64,000 nucleotides of DNA from Planctomycetaceae bacterium (GTDB lineage: Bacteria > Planctomycetota > Planctomycetia > Pirellulales > Pirellulaceae), in NCBI GenBank assembly GCA_002862205.1, contig PKCN01000399.1:2738-66737 (forward strand), given 5' to 3'. Below are positions 1 to 9,416 of the stretch, piece by piece. The stretch's first letter is position 1. Every line of letters begins with the position of its first letter. Under the pieces are notes generated by a model. That model was not told where the DNA came from, ran no database searches, and saw only the letters and a program-made list of their open reading frames with translations. Position numbers and translations under genes: made by a program.

Positions 1-501
1 CATGGATGCGGCCGCCCAATGGCTGAAACCGTGGGTGCAAAACGAGGGATTCCAGTATTGCGATCGGATGCAGATACGATGGTATGGAAACCGTCGGGGT
101 ACCTGAAAACCCGACTCAGTTGCATTTCCGCCCACCCCAGTCATCGAAAATTGCTGCAGTATTGCGATTCTGCATTCAAACCAATATCCAAGCAACACGA
201 CATGCCGCAGACGAAAACCTTCTTTTCTATATAAAATTTCACAGCAGAACAGCGAAAATCGACTCGATCCCTTATCGCACTTGTTTCGTATTCAGCACGA
301 AGACGAGGCTACCCTGCCTCCCAACCGAAACCCAACTGCTGCTGAACACTCTCACACAGCTTGCCGCCAATGAGTTTTCAACAAACATCGCTTCACCGCA
401 ACGCAACGCCCCCAGGTTCTCCTCCTCGGAACCTCTCGGCACCCATAAGCGGGGACTTATCTGGCAATCAGTTCCACTGCAAACTCAGCAAACAAACGAA
501 C

Positions 502-1416
502 ATGAAGCAAATGACGGTCGGCCTTGCTTGCATGCTGATCTTGGCAGTCTGCTGCCAGACAGCCCATTCCTCCGATCCCCCATCAACGGCAACCAGCCTC
601 ACGGTGGCGGGTGATCAGGCATTGCAAACAAATGACAACCAACTGGTAATCGACAATTCCAAAGCTATCGGTCAGCCCAATGACGAAACCATTTACAACC
701 TTGGGGTTGCACACTACCGCAACGGGGATCTGCAGGAAGCCGCTCAACGGTTCCGCGAGGTCATCGGATCTCAGAATGATTCAGTCGCGGCGAGGGCCAG
801 ATTCAATCTCGGCAACACCTACTACTCTCAGGCACTGAACAAAATCAACCCGGCAGCCTCGGACGCATCCAACTCAGGCACAAACCAATCGCCAACGCCC
901 GCTCCGCAACAAGACTCCGAAGCAGGCACAAAGCTACTGCAATCCGCGATCACTCAATACCGCAGTTCACTACGCATCGAACCGACCGACACTGATGCCC
1001 GGGCCAACATCGAGTTGGCCAAAAACCTAATTGATCAAATCCAACAGCAACAGCAGGATCAGCAACAGCAGGATCAGCAGCAACAGGATCAGCAGCAACA
1101 GGATCAGCAACAACAGGATCAGCAGTCAACCAAGACACCCAATTCTTCCGACCAGCCAACTACTGGCGTGGAGGAGCGTGACCAGGAAGATGACGAATCA
1201 AGCACGCCACCGTCCGGAGAATTAACCGCAGCCAATGAGGACCCGAACGCATCCGAACGGCAGGCAGCCGAGCCTGTCCGTGTTGCGACCGACCAGATGA
1301 CCGAAGAAGAAGCACGCAAACTGCTGCAGTCCATCCGCGACCGTGACATGTTACGGCGGTTGCGTAAGCAAGCAGCGGAACGTGCGTTGCGTGTGCCAGT
1401 TGAAAGGGATTGGTGA
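502..1416 (+). CDS. Secreted TPR-repeat protein, BatC-like, with (QQQQD)5 tract and acidic tail
   Basis: ORF 361..1416. The internal ATG at 502 gives a signal peptide (MKQMTVGLACMLILAVCCQTAHS). TPR-like helices are present (GVAHYRNGDLQEAAQRFREVI; RFNLGNTYYSQAL). The basic C-terminus ends VPVERDW. The stop lies 5 nt before the BatD-like gene. Confidence 0.7.
   Translation: MKQMTVGLACMLILAVCCQTAHSSDPPSTATSLTVAGDQALQTNDNQLVIDNSKAIGQPNDETIYNLGVAHYRNGDLQEAAQRFREVIGSQNDSVAARARFNLGNTYYSQALNKINPAASDASNSGTNQSPTPAPQQDSEAGTKLLQSAITQYRSSLRIEPTDTDARANIELAKNLIDQIQQQQQDQQQQDQQQQDQQQQDQQQQDQQSTKTPNSSDQPTTGVEERDQEDDESSTPPSGELTAANEDPNASERQAAEPVRVATDQMTEEEARKLLQSIRDRDMLRRLRKQAAERALRVPVERDW
1042..1124 (+). repeat. 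In-frame 15-nt coding tandem repeat (CAR CAR CAR CAG GAT) x5, encoding (QQQQD)5
   Basis: Read directly: caacagcaacagcaggat / cagcaacagcaggat / cagcagcaacaggat / cagcagcaacaggat / cagcaacaacaggat, followed by cagcag. Confidence 0.95.
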
Positions 1417-1421
1417 TATAG

Positions 1422-4208
1422 ATGTTAAAACGAACAGCCACATGGGCAATCCCATGCTTCATTCTCTTTTTCTGCATGACATCATCTGGTGATGGTGCTG
1501 ATGTTCAGAGTAGCGTTTCAACACGTGAAACTTACGTGAACCTGCCGTTCACTCTCCAGATCCAGATCAATGCCACCAACCACGACAAGCCGATCATCCC
1601 GGAGGTTGATGGACTGATAATCGTCCCCAAGGGTCCTCCATCGCGAAGTTTTCGCACGACCATTATCAATGGTCGAACGACCCAGCGGAACACCCTGACT
1701 TATCTGTATTCTGTCACGGCCACTCGCGAGGGCGAATTCACGATTCCTGCGTTGACGGTGGTTGTCAATGGCGAGAAAGCGCTAACCAGTGAGGTTCGCA
1801 TCATAGCAACGCAAAGTGAAACGGACGATTTGATGTTCGTAGAAATTGCTGGCAAGGATGATCAGATATACGTTGGCGAAGCCCTGCAACTGACCCTCAA
1901 AATCTGGATTCGTGCCTATCGCGATCGGAAATTCAACGTGACCCTCTCTGAAGCGAACATGTGGTCACTGTTCGGCAGACAAACCAAGTGGGGAAATTTC
2001 GCAGAGACACTTCGCGAGTTGGCTAAAAACCGTCAGCGTCCTGCCGGAAAGCTGACTCTCCGAGAAGACACGGAGGGTCAGGAACGCGAGTACCTACTCT
2101 ATGAAATCGATGCCACAGTTTACCCTGATCGTCCGGGAAAAATTGACGGGGACGACGTGTGTATCATCATGAACTACCCAGAAGAACTGGGACGCTCGCG
2201 AAGCCCATTCTCAGTTCTGGGGGACGATTTTTTCGGAGGTGCAGGCGGATTTGGCGACAACATGTTCTCTGGCTTTGGATCGCAAGTGACCGTCACAAAG
2301 GTTCGCCCTATCATCGCAAAGACTGAGGTCGAACCAATCACCGTCAAGCCAATCCCGGAGCAAGGTCGACCGGTAAACTACCGTGGTGCTGTGGGTGAGT
2401 ACAGGATCATCAGTGAAGCCACCCCAACCACGGTGAAAGTCGGCGATCCCATCAGACTGAACATTGCGATTGCGGGAAAGGGTCGCATGGAATTGCTCAG
2501 GGCTCCGCCTCTAACCGACCAACCGGACCTGATCCGTGAATTCAAAGTCCCCAACCAACCTCTCGCAGGCTTTGTTGACGGCAGCCAAAAAGTATTTTCA
2601 ACGACGATTCGGCCATTGAGAAAAGGTACGGAGCAAATCCCGGGCATCGAGTACAGTTTTTTCAACCCCAAGACAGAGCAATTCGTTTCGCTCAAAAGTG
2701 ATCCAATCACCATCACTGTCGAAGAAGCCGAAATGCTGGCTCTTGATGCAATCGTAGGGAAACAGACAGGCACTGCCACAGCCGAACTGCCCACCCCCCC
2801 GGTCAATCGGCAAACTGACGCCACCATGGCTGACATCTCCCAGAACATTCTTGCAAGCGTGCCTCGCCCCCATTCAATCCCGTTGCCCCTCATTGTCCTG
2901 TTTCTGCTACCCCCAATCGTTGCGGCAGTGATCGCACTTTACCTGCATCGCCACTGCTTCAGCGGTCTGGTTGCGGCAAAGCGTCGGTTCAAAAAAGCCA
3001 TGATCAGGGCAACGACCCCGCAGGAGGTTGCCCACGGCTTGGAGCAATTTTTGCAATGCCGCTATCGCCTCCCCGTTCACCGAACACTTCAGGACCAGAC
3101 GGTCGGAGCATTACGCGCTTCGGGACACGGTGAAATCGCGATCGAAGTAGAACGTTTGTACCACGAGTGTGATCGCAAGACGGACTCGAAATCTGCAGCT
3201 CAGTATTCCAATAGCGCGCAAGACCTTGTCAATACACTTTGTAAATCAAACGTGCGTCAGGGGTCTCAGGCCCGGTTGCACCCATCGAACGCCCCCAATC
3301 TGAAAACAAAATCGGCTCTCGTCCTGCTCGCACTGCTCATTTCACCCGCTGCGGCCTCAAGATCACTCGCAAGCGAATCACTGCCAGCAAAGCCAGCAGT
3401 TGAGAACAGGGAATCGATGGCCGGGAACTCAGCAGAAGATGTTTCTTTGTCAACTGAGCCCTCCCCTTTTTCAGAGGACCAACTCGAGAACATGCTCGAT
3501 GAGGCTTCCGTGATGTATCAGAAGGGAATGTGCAGTCAGGACGTGAGTGAAACCAGGAAAAGTTTTGCGCAGGCTGCTGAACGCCTGGAATTTCTGGTTG
3601 ATGCGGGAATCACCAATGATGAATTGTTCGCAACTCTCGCCAATGCTCAGGCACGCTCGGGTAACACAGCCAAAGCAGTTGCCAATTACCGTCGGGCGTT
3701 AAGGTACGCGCCGGAGAACCAGACTCATCACGATCGACTTTCAGAGGCAGAAGCTGCTTTGGGGACCGGTTTGACCAAGCCGCGCAGCCAACTGGATCGG
3801 ACCCGCACTTTCAACGATTTTGTTTTGCACTTCGTTTCGCCTACGGGCATGCTTGTGCTCGCCCTGCTCGCTTGGACATCTGCGTGGGCTTTGATTGCCT
3901 GGCGTCTGATTTCGGGACCTCAGCACTGGAAACTGCCCCTGGCATGTCTCATGCTGCTGGCGTTGACAGCGTTCGGATCCTACCAACTGAGGGTCTCGGA
4001 ATTCTTGCTTGACGATCAGGCGGTCGTGACTCAATCCGACATCTCGCTACGAGAGGGCGACGGCAATGAATTTGGGATTGCCATAGAAAATCCGTTCAAC
4101 GGGGGCGATATGGTTGAAGTGCTGGACCAGCGAGGTTCGTGGCACAAAGTGCGGCTTTCCGGTGGCCAAAGCGGGTGGCTGCCCTCAAACGCTTTGCAGA
4201 TGATTTGA
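1422..4208 (+). CDS. BatD-family protein fused to a TPR + SH3 (BatE-like) C-terminal module
   Basis: 928-aa ORF with a signal peptide. It has a BatD-like N-terminal region (YSVTATREGEFTIPALTVVVNGEKALTSEVRI) and several TM helices (IPLPLIVLFLLPPIVAAVIALYL and others). A TPR-like segment (AKAVANYRRALRYAPEN) and a C-terminal SH3-like domain (GDMVEVLDQRGSWHKVRLSGGQSGWLPSNAL) follow. Confidence 0.82.
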   Translation: MLKRTATWAIPCFILFFCMTSSGDGADVQSSVSTRETYVNLPFTLQIQINATNHDKPIIPEVDGLIIVPKGPPSRSFRTTIINGRTTQRNTLTYLYSVTATREGEFTIPALTVVVNGEKALTSEVRIIATQSETDDLMFVEIAGKDDQIYVGEALQLTLKIWIRAYRDRKFNVTLSEANMWSLFGRQTKWGNFAETLRELAKNRQRPAGKLTLREDTEGQEREYLLYEIDATVYPDRPGKIDGDDVCIIMNYPEELGRSRSPFSVLGDDFFGGAGGFGDNMFSGFGSQVTVTKVRPIIAKTEVEPITVKPIPEQGRPVNYRGAVGEYRIISEATPTTVKVGDPIRLNIAIAGKGRMELLRAPPLTDQPDLIREFKVPNQPLAGFVDGSQKVFSTTIRPLRKGTEQIPGIEYSFFNPKTEQFVSLKSDPITITVEEAEMLALDAIVGKQTGTATAELPTPPVNRQTDATMADISQNILASVPRPHSIPLPLIVLFLLPPIVAAVIALYLHRHCFSGLVAAKRRFKKAMIRATTPQEVAHGLEQFLQCRYRLPVHRTLQDQTVGALRASGHGEIAIEVERLYHECDRKTDSKSAAQYSNSAQDLVNTLCKSNVRQGSQARLHPSNAPNLKTKSALVLLALLISPAAASRSLASESLPAKPAVENRESMAGNSAEDVSLSTEPSPFSEDQLENMLDEASVMYQKGMCSQDVSETRKSFAQAAERLEFLVDAGITNDELFATLANAQARSGNTAKAVANYRRALRYAPENQTHHDRLSEAEAALGTGLTKPRSQLDRTRTFNDFVLHFVSPTGMLVLALLAWTSAWALIAWRLISGPQHWKLPLACLMLLALTAFGSYQLRVSEFLLDDQAVVTQSDISLREGDGNEFGIAIENPFNGGDMVEVLDQRGSWHKVRLSGGQSGWLPSNALQMI

Positions 4209-4338
4209 GGGGCATTGTGCTCGTTTCATGAGCGCCCTCTGGTTTGCTGCATAAAACGAATCGTCTTTCTCTCGGATCGTGGCCTCGTATTTTTGAGGGT
4301 GGTTCCGCTCACGCGGCCCATGGTCGAAACTATTGACC

Positions 4339-5211
4339 ATGACCGTTGCACCAGACCTGCTGCCGTACACCTCGCACGAATTTTCAACGTCGGGACACAC
4401 ACTTCGTTATCTGGATGAGGGATCCGGCCCCGAAGTCCTCTTGTGCGTGCACGGAAATCCAACGTGGAGCTTTTACTATCGCAAGGTGATTGAACAATTT
4501 TCACCGCAGTACCGCGTGATCGCTGTGGATCATCTTGGTTGCGGCCGTAGCGATAAACCATCTCAAGCGGATTTCCCTTACACGCTGAAATCACATCGCG
4601 AAAACCTGGTAGCGCTGATTGATGCTCTCGATCTCGATCGGATCACCCTGATTGCACATGACTGGGGAGGCGCCATCGGCCTGAGTTCGATGTTGGAACG
4701 CGTCGAAAAACTGCAGCGCATCGTGTTATTGAATACAGGCGCATTTCCTCCCCCGTACCTGCCCAAACGCATTATGGCCTGCAGGATTCCGGTGCTGGGC
4801 AGTTTGGCCGTGCGGGGCCTGAATGCTTTTGCTCGTGCCGCGATCAGCATGGCGATGTCGCGCAACAAGATGTCGCCGGAGGCAACTCGCGGACTGCTTG
4901 CACCGTACGACACGTGGAAAAATCGTGTCGCGATCGACGCTTTCGTACGCGACATCCCGATGTCGCCTCAACACCCCACTTACGAGCCTTTGGCTCAATT
5001 GCAAGAAAAACTGCCGAGCCTTGCAAACCATCCCTCTCTTCTGGTCTGGGGGATGCAGGACTGGTGCTTTCGGCCGGAATGCTTACGTCGATTCCAGGCA
5101 GCTTGGCCCAACGCGGTATCGCTTGAGATTCCAGACGCAGGACACTACGTCCTCGAGGATGCACCGGAAGAGACATTGAATGCAATCGCCGATTTTCTAA
5201 GCAGGCCGTAA
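4339..5211 (+). CDS. Alpha/beta-fold hydrolase, haloalkane-dehalogenase / OleB-like subfamily
   Basis: ORF 4333..5211 (TTG at 4333, ATG at 4339). Motifs are VHGNPTWSFYYRKV and the Asp-nucleophile elbow IAHDWGGAIG. The C-terminal His region reads IPDAGHYVLEDAPE. Confidence 0.85.
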   Translation: MTVAPDLLPYTSHEFSTSGHTLRYLDEGSGPEVLLCVHGNPTWSFYYRKVIEQFSPQYRVIAVDHLGCGRSDKPSQADFPYTLKSHRENLVALIDALDLDRITLIAHDWGGAIGLSSMLERVEKLQRIVLLNTGAFPPPYLPKRIMACRIPVLGSLAVRGLNAFARAAISMAMSRNKMSPEATRGLLAPYDTWKNRVAIDAFVRDIPMSPQHPTYEPLAQLQEKLPSLANHPSLLVWGMQDWCFRPECLRRFQAAWPNAVSLEIPDAGHYVLEDAPEETLNAIADFLSRP

Positions 5212-5301
5212 AACGACAGGTGACACAAATGACGCAACGACACAAGTTGATCACGAGATTGGTAGTTCCCTCGAAGCCCAAGATGCCGTCACCCAAAATC
5301 C

Positions 5302-6195
5302 ATGCCTGATACGCTGCAGCCCTATCGCCGACTTTGCACTTGCCCATCCGAAGCCATACGCTGGGCTTGTATTCTGGAAGCAACGGCACCTAAGGCGGGG
5401 AATGTATTCCCAGGTCGGTCGTTTGATGATCTCACCTACCGCGATTTCATTGCCGCCGCAGATATCACAGCCGACTGCTTCAAAAACGACCGTGACCGGA
5501 TCAGCCAGAGAATGCTCAATGCGGTTACGCAGGTTCAAGACACGCAGCTAACAAATGTGAATCTGGGGATCGTGCTATTGCTCGGTCCACTGGTAGCCGC
5601 CGACGAAGCGGCAGTTCCGTGCAACGTCGCAACCGCAATCCACCAGCTGCAAGACTGGCATCCCTTGGTCAGCAAGTCACTTTCCGTGTTCGATAACCTG
5701 GACGGAGAAAACATTTTCAGGGCCATTCAATCCGCGACGGCCGGCGGAATGGGATCATCGGAATCATTGGATGTCAATCACACACATGAGCACGTGGACA
5801 TTCACGAGGCCATGCATCTTGCAAAAGACCGTGATCAAATTGCAAGGCAGTATACCGATGACTTTCGCGAGTTGATATTCGACATCACGCCAATTGTGTC
5901 CAATTGTATTGCCAGCACCAATGACCTGCTGCTGGCGATTTGCCAGGCTCAGATTCACTTACTTACCCGGGCACCAGACACGCTGATTGCTCGCAAGAAC
6001 GGTATCAAGGTTGCCATCGACGTACAAAAACGAGCGAGGGGAATTGACCCCATGGATCACGCGGACATGACTGACTTTGACCAATATCTTCGGTCAAAAG
6101 GTCATCAACTGAATCCGGGAACAACAGCGGACATGATCGCCGCCGCCCTTTACCTGCTACTTAGAACAAACCCCTTGGAGAAAAACAATGAGTGA
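5302..6195 (+). CDS. CitG/MdcB-family protein (triphosphoribosyl-dephospho-CoA synthase-like, COG1767-type)
   Basis: 297-aa ORF. The N-terminal region ACILEATAPKAGNVFPGRSFDDLTYRDF resembles the CitG signature. The stop overlaps the next gene by 8 nt (ATGAGTGA). Confidence 0.7.
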   Translation: MPDTLQPYRRLCTCPSEAIRWACILEATAPKAGNVFPGRSFDDLTYRDFIAAADITADCFKNDRDRISQRMLNAVTQVQDTQLTNVNLGIVLLLGPLVAADEAAVPCNVATAIHQLQDWHPLVSKSLSVFDNLDGENIFRAIQSATAGGMGSSESLDVNHTHEHVDIHEAMHLAKDRDQIARQYTDDFRELIFDITPIVSNCIASTNDLLLAICQAQIHLLTRAPDTLIARKNGIKVAIDVQKRARGIDPMDHADMTDFDQYLRSKGHQLNPGTTADMIAAALYLLLRTNPLEKNNE

Positions 6196-6706
6196 GGCGA
6201 CCTATCGCGTCGACGTCAGTAAAGAGCAGTTTGTATTTTCCGCTGCCCATTTCATTACCTTCGCGGGTGACATTTGCGAACGTATTCATGGCCACAACTA
6301 CGGTGTCCGAGCAAGTGTCGAGGGACCACTGGATCAGAACCGCTATGTGGTGGACTTCATCGCCTTGCGTGATGCAGTTCTAAAACAAACACAGGCTCTC
6401 GATCACCACGTGATCCTGCCCAGCAACCATGCAGAAATCAAGATCACCAGTGACGCCAAGGAAACCACGGCAACCTTTCGCGATCGTCGCTGGGTTTTTC
6501 CAAATGAAGACTGTGTGATGTTACCCGTGATTAACACCACAGCAGAGGAAATTGCGAGAGTGATCGCAGAGCGTGTGATAGTGGAGACCCATGAGAAATT
6601 CGGCTCGAATCTTTCGCACATAGAGGTTGCCGTGGATGAGAACTGCGGGCAGTGGGGCGTCTGTCGAATGCCATGGCCCAAAGAGACCCCGGCGAGTTCC
6701 ACTTGA
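6188..6706 (+). CDS. 6-pyruvoyl-tetrahydropterin synthase (PTPS/QueD) family protein
   Basis: 172-aa ORF with FSAAHFITFAGDICERIHGHNYGV, the Cys plus HGHNY zinc/active-site pattern typical of PTPS/QueD. It is translationally coupled to the upstream CitG-like gene. Confidence 0.85.
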   Translation: MSEATYRVDVSKEQFVFSAAHFITFAGDICERIHGHNYGVRASVEGPLDQNRYVVDFIALRDAVLKQTQALDHHVILPSNHAEIKITSDAKETTATFRDRRWVFPNEDCVMLPVINTTAEEIARVIAERVIVETHEKFGSNLSHIEVAVDENCGQWGVCRMPWPKETPASST

Positions 6707-6765
6707 CTTGCCAAATTGCACTCACGGATCACCAGCGGTAAGTAGCCTGCTTCATTTCAGCAACA

Positions 6766-8361
6766 ATGTCACATCAAGTAGCCGAGCCATTCATGAAACG
6801 TTCGTTGTTCTTTTTCGTCATCGCTATGCAGGCATTTGTTTTTCCACACGAGGGCGTCAATGCCGCCCAACCAAACATCTTATTTGCCATCGCGGATGAC
6901 CTGTCATTTCCCCATATGGGAGCCTACGGGACGGAATGGACGCAAACCCCCGCATTCGATCGCGTTGCCCGCGAGGGTCTGTTATTCAATCGTTGTTACA
7001 CACCCAATGCCAAATGCGCCCCTTCACGATCTTGCCTGCTGACGGGGCGCAATTCCTGGCAACTCGAAGAGGCCGCCAATCATTGGTGCTACTTCCCAGC
7101 CAAGTTTCCCAGCTACGTCGAGGTGCTCGAAAAACATGGCTATGTGACCGGCATGACCGGAAAGGGTTGGGCTCCCGGGATCGCCATTGACGGAAATGGA
7201 AAACGCCGCAACATGACGGGAACACCGTTCAACCAACGCAAAGCAAAAGCTCCAACCTCCGCCATCAGCAACAATGACTATGCGGGAAACTTTAGTGAAT
7301 TCCTTGATACGGTCCCCAAAAATGAGCCATTCTGTTTCTGGTACGGTTCCACCGAACCCCACCGGCGTTATGAATACAAGAGCGGAGTCAATAAGGGAAA
7401 CAAAAAGCTCTCCCAAATCGACCGCGTCCCGCTCTTTTGGCCAGACAACGACGTTGTTCGACATGACATGCTCGACTACGCACTGGAAGTGGAACATTTT
7501 GACGCACATCTGGAACGGATGCTCAGTGACTTGGAAGCACGCGGCAAGCTGGAAAATACACTGGTAGTGGTCACAGCAGATAACGGGATGCCTTTTCCCC
7601 GCGTCAAAGGCCAGGAATATGAAATGAGCAACCATCTTCCATTGGCGATCATGTGGGCAGATGGCATTAAAAACCCGGGTCGTACGATCGAGGATCTGAT
7701 TTCATTCATCGATCTGGCCCCCACGTATCTGGAATTGGCAGGTATCCCATGGCAGGACAGTACCATGGCATCCACGCCGGGAAAATCACTCACTCCCTTC
7801 TTCCGGGACTCCTCGAACGATGATCACCGCGAGTTCTTGTTAATCGGGAAAGAACGCCACGACGTGGGTCGGCCCGAAGACGCAGGCTACCCGATACGCG
7901 GTATTGTCCAGGGCCCGTTTCTGTTGATTCGTAATTTCAAGACTGACCGATGGCCAGCAGGAAATCCTGAAACTGGGTATCTCAACACAGACGGCAGTCC
8001 CACCAAAACGGAGTTACTGAAAGCGCATCGAGAGGGGGGCGATGACACTCATTGGCAACTCGCTTTTGGTTTTCGACCTGAGTACGAGATGTTCAACATC
8101 GAAACGGATCGCGAATGTCTCAGTAACATTGCCAATGCGAAGCGATACGCGACGGTACGTGAACAGATGAAAAAGACAATGAACACTGCCCTTGAAGCCG
8201 AAGGTGATCCCCGGTTGCTCGGAAATGGAGACGTTTTCGACCGGTATCCCTACGCCAACGAGAGGGAACGAAACTTTTACGGCAAATACACCGAGGATCC
8301 GACCTCACTGCGAGCCGGCTGGGTAAATCCGACAGACTTCGAGAAGCCCAACCCTGAATAA
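6766..8361 (+). CDS. Secreted Cys-type sulfatase (arylsulfatase family)
   Basis: 531-aa ORF with a signal peptide; an alternative ATG at 6793 gives [17 protein letters not shown]. The sulfatase N-terminus reads [12 protein letters not shown] and the formylglycine motif is [12 protein letters not shown]. Confidence 0.9.
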   Translation: MSHQVAEPFMKRSLFFFVIAMQAFVFPHEGVNAAQPNILFAIADDLSFPHMGAYGTEWTQTPAFDRVAREGLLFNRCYTPNAKCAPSRSCLLTGRNSWQLEEAANHWCYFPAKFPSYVEVLEKHGYVTGMTGKGWAPGIAIDGNGKRRNMTGTPFNQRKAKAPTSAISNNDYAGNFSEFLDTVPKNEPFCFWYGSTEPHRRYEYKSGVNKGNKKLSQIDRVPLFWPDNDVVRHDMLDYALEVEHFDAHLERMLSDLEARGKLENTLVVVTADNGMPFPRVKGQEYEMSNHLPLAIMWADGIKNPGRTIEDLISFIDLAPTYLELAGIPWQDSTMASTPGKSLTPFFRDSSNDDHREFLLIGKERHDVGRPEDAGYPIRGIVQGPFLLIRNFKTDRWPAGNPETGYLNTDGSPTKTELLKAHREGGDDTHWQLAFGFRPEYEMFNIETDRECLSNIANAKRYATVREQMKKTMNTALEAEGDPRLLGNGDVFDRYPYANERERNFYGKYTEDPTSLRAGWVNPTDFEKPNPE

Positions 8362-8683
8362 GCTCACTGGTTTCCGAGAATGTGAAATGGTTGCTGTCAC
8401 GCTCCCTCGCGTGGCGTAACGTACAAAACGTTATGACGTGCAGTCCAAACCAAGCGTCCCCCCCATCGGTGATGCCACCCACAAAATCTTCACCTCGCAT
8501 TTTTGTTTCAATCACAGAACCAAATACTATCGTGAACGTATTAACCAAACCGTCCCTTGAAAAACGGACTGGGGATTGCCGGAACACTGAAGATCCGCCA
8601 AAGTCTTGCAGACGCGACGCAAGCACCACCCCAGTCAGCAAGCACGCCTGCCATTACCTTATCTCCCGAGCGGACATCTGCGT

Positions 8684-9412
8684 ATGCTGATCGTTGAATC
8701 GCTACAGAAGAGTTTCCAACTCGACGACGACGAGGTATGCGCGGTCGATAACCTTTCCTTTGAGGTTCAACCGGGAGAAGTTTATGGTCTTTTGGGTCCC
8801 AATGGTGCGGGAAAAACAACGACCTTACGGATGATTCTTGGGCTGGTCAAACCGGATGCCGGTTACGCACAGGTCAGTGGATTCCGAACGGAAGTCGATC
8901 CGACGGCAGTCAAGTCGAGACTTGGATTTGTCTCAGCGAGTGATGGGGTATACCCATGGCTAAGTGTGCGAGAAATGCTCCTGTATTTTGCGGATTTGTA
9001 TGGAGTACTTCCAAACGAGGCTGCTTCCCGATGCGAGCATCTGGCAGCGTTGATGGGGATCAAACCGTTGCTTGATCGCCGCGCCGGCACTCTCAGCACT
9101 GGGCAACGGCAACGAGTGACGCTCGTGCGTGGACTGATACACGACCCACCCGTGATGTTGCTTGATGAACCGACCCGGGGATTGGATGTCGTTGGCGTGC
9201 AGACGATTTTTGAATACATCGAGCATCTCAGAGAAGTTGGGAAGGCCGTAGTAGTATGCACTCACCGCCTGGATGAAGCAGAGCGACTTTGTGACCGCTT
9301 CGGGCTTCTGCACCACGGACGGATGCAGCAGACCGGCACCCTCCCGCAACTTCGACAACAAAGTGGGCATGACCACTTGGTCGACATGTTTATCGAATTA
9401 CTGCGGAGTTAA
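8684..9412 (+). CDS. ABC transporter ATP-binding protein (NatA-like)
   Basis: ORF 8606..9412. The ATG at 8684 (MLIVESLQKSF) gives a canonical N-terminus. Walker A is GPNGAGKTT, the signature is LSTGQRQRV, Walker B is MLLDEPT, and the H-loop is CTHRL. Confidence 0.9.
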   Translation: MLIVESLQKSFQLDDDEVCAVDNLSFEVQPGEVYGLLGPNGAGKTTTLRMILGLVKPDAGYAQVSGFRTEVDPTAVKSRLGFVSASDGVYPWLSVREMLLYFADLYGVLPNEAASRCEHLAALMGIKPLLDRRAGTLSTGQRQRVTLVRGLIHDPPVMLLDEPTRGLDVVGVQTIFEYIEHLREVGKAVVVCTHRLDEAERLCDRFGLLHHGRMQQTGTLPQLRQQSGHDHLVDMFIELLRS

Positions 9413-9416
9413 TGCA

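Noticed and set aside
19-614. ORFs 19..234 and 84..614 in the first 500 nt.
   Set aside because: They have no motifs and Arg/Pro/Thr-rich composition, and 84..614 overlaps the better-supported BatC-like start. The region is treated as non-coding. A leftward gene could start at the CAT at 1-3, but that cannot be assessed from this window.
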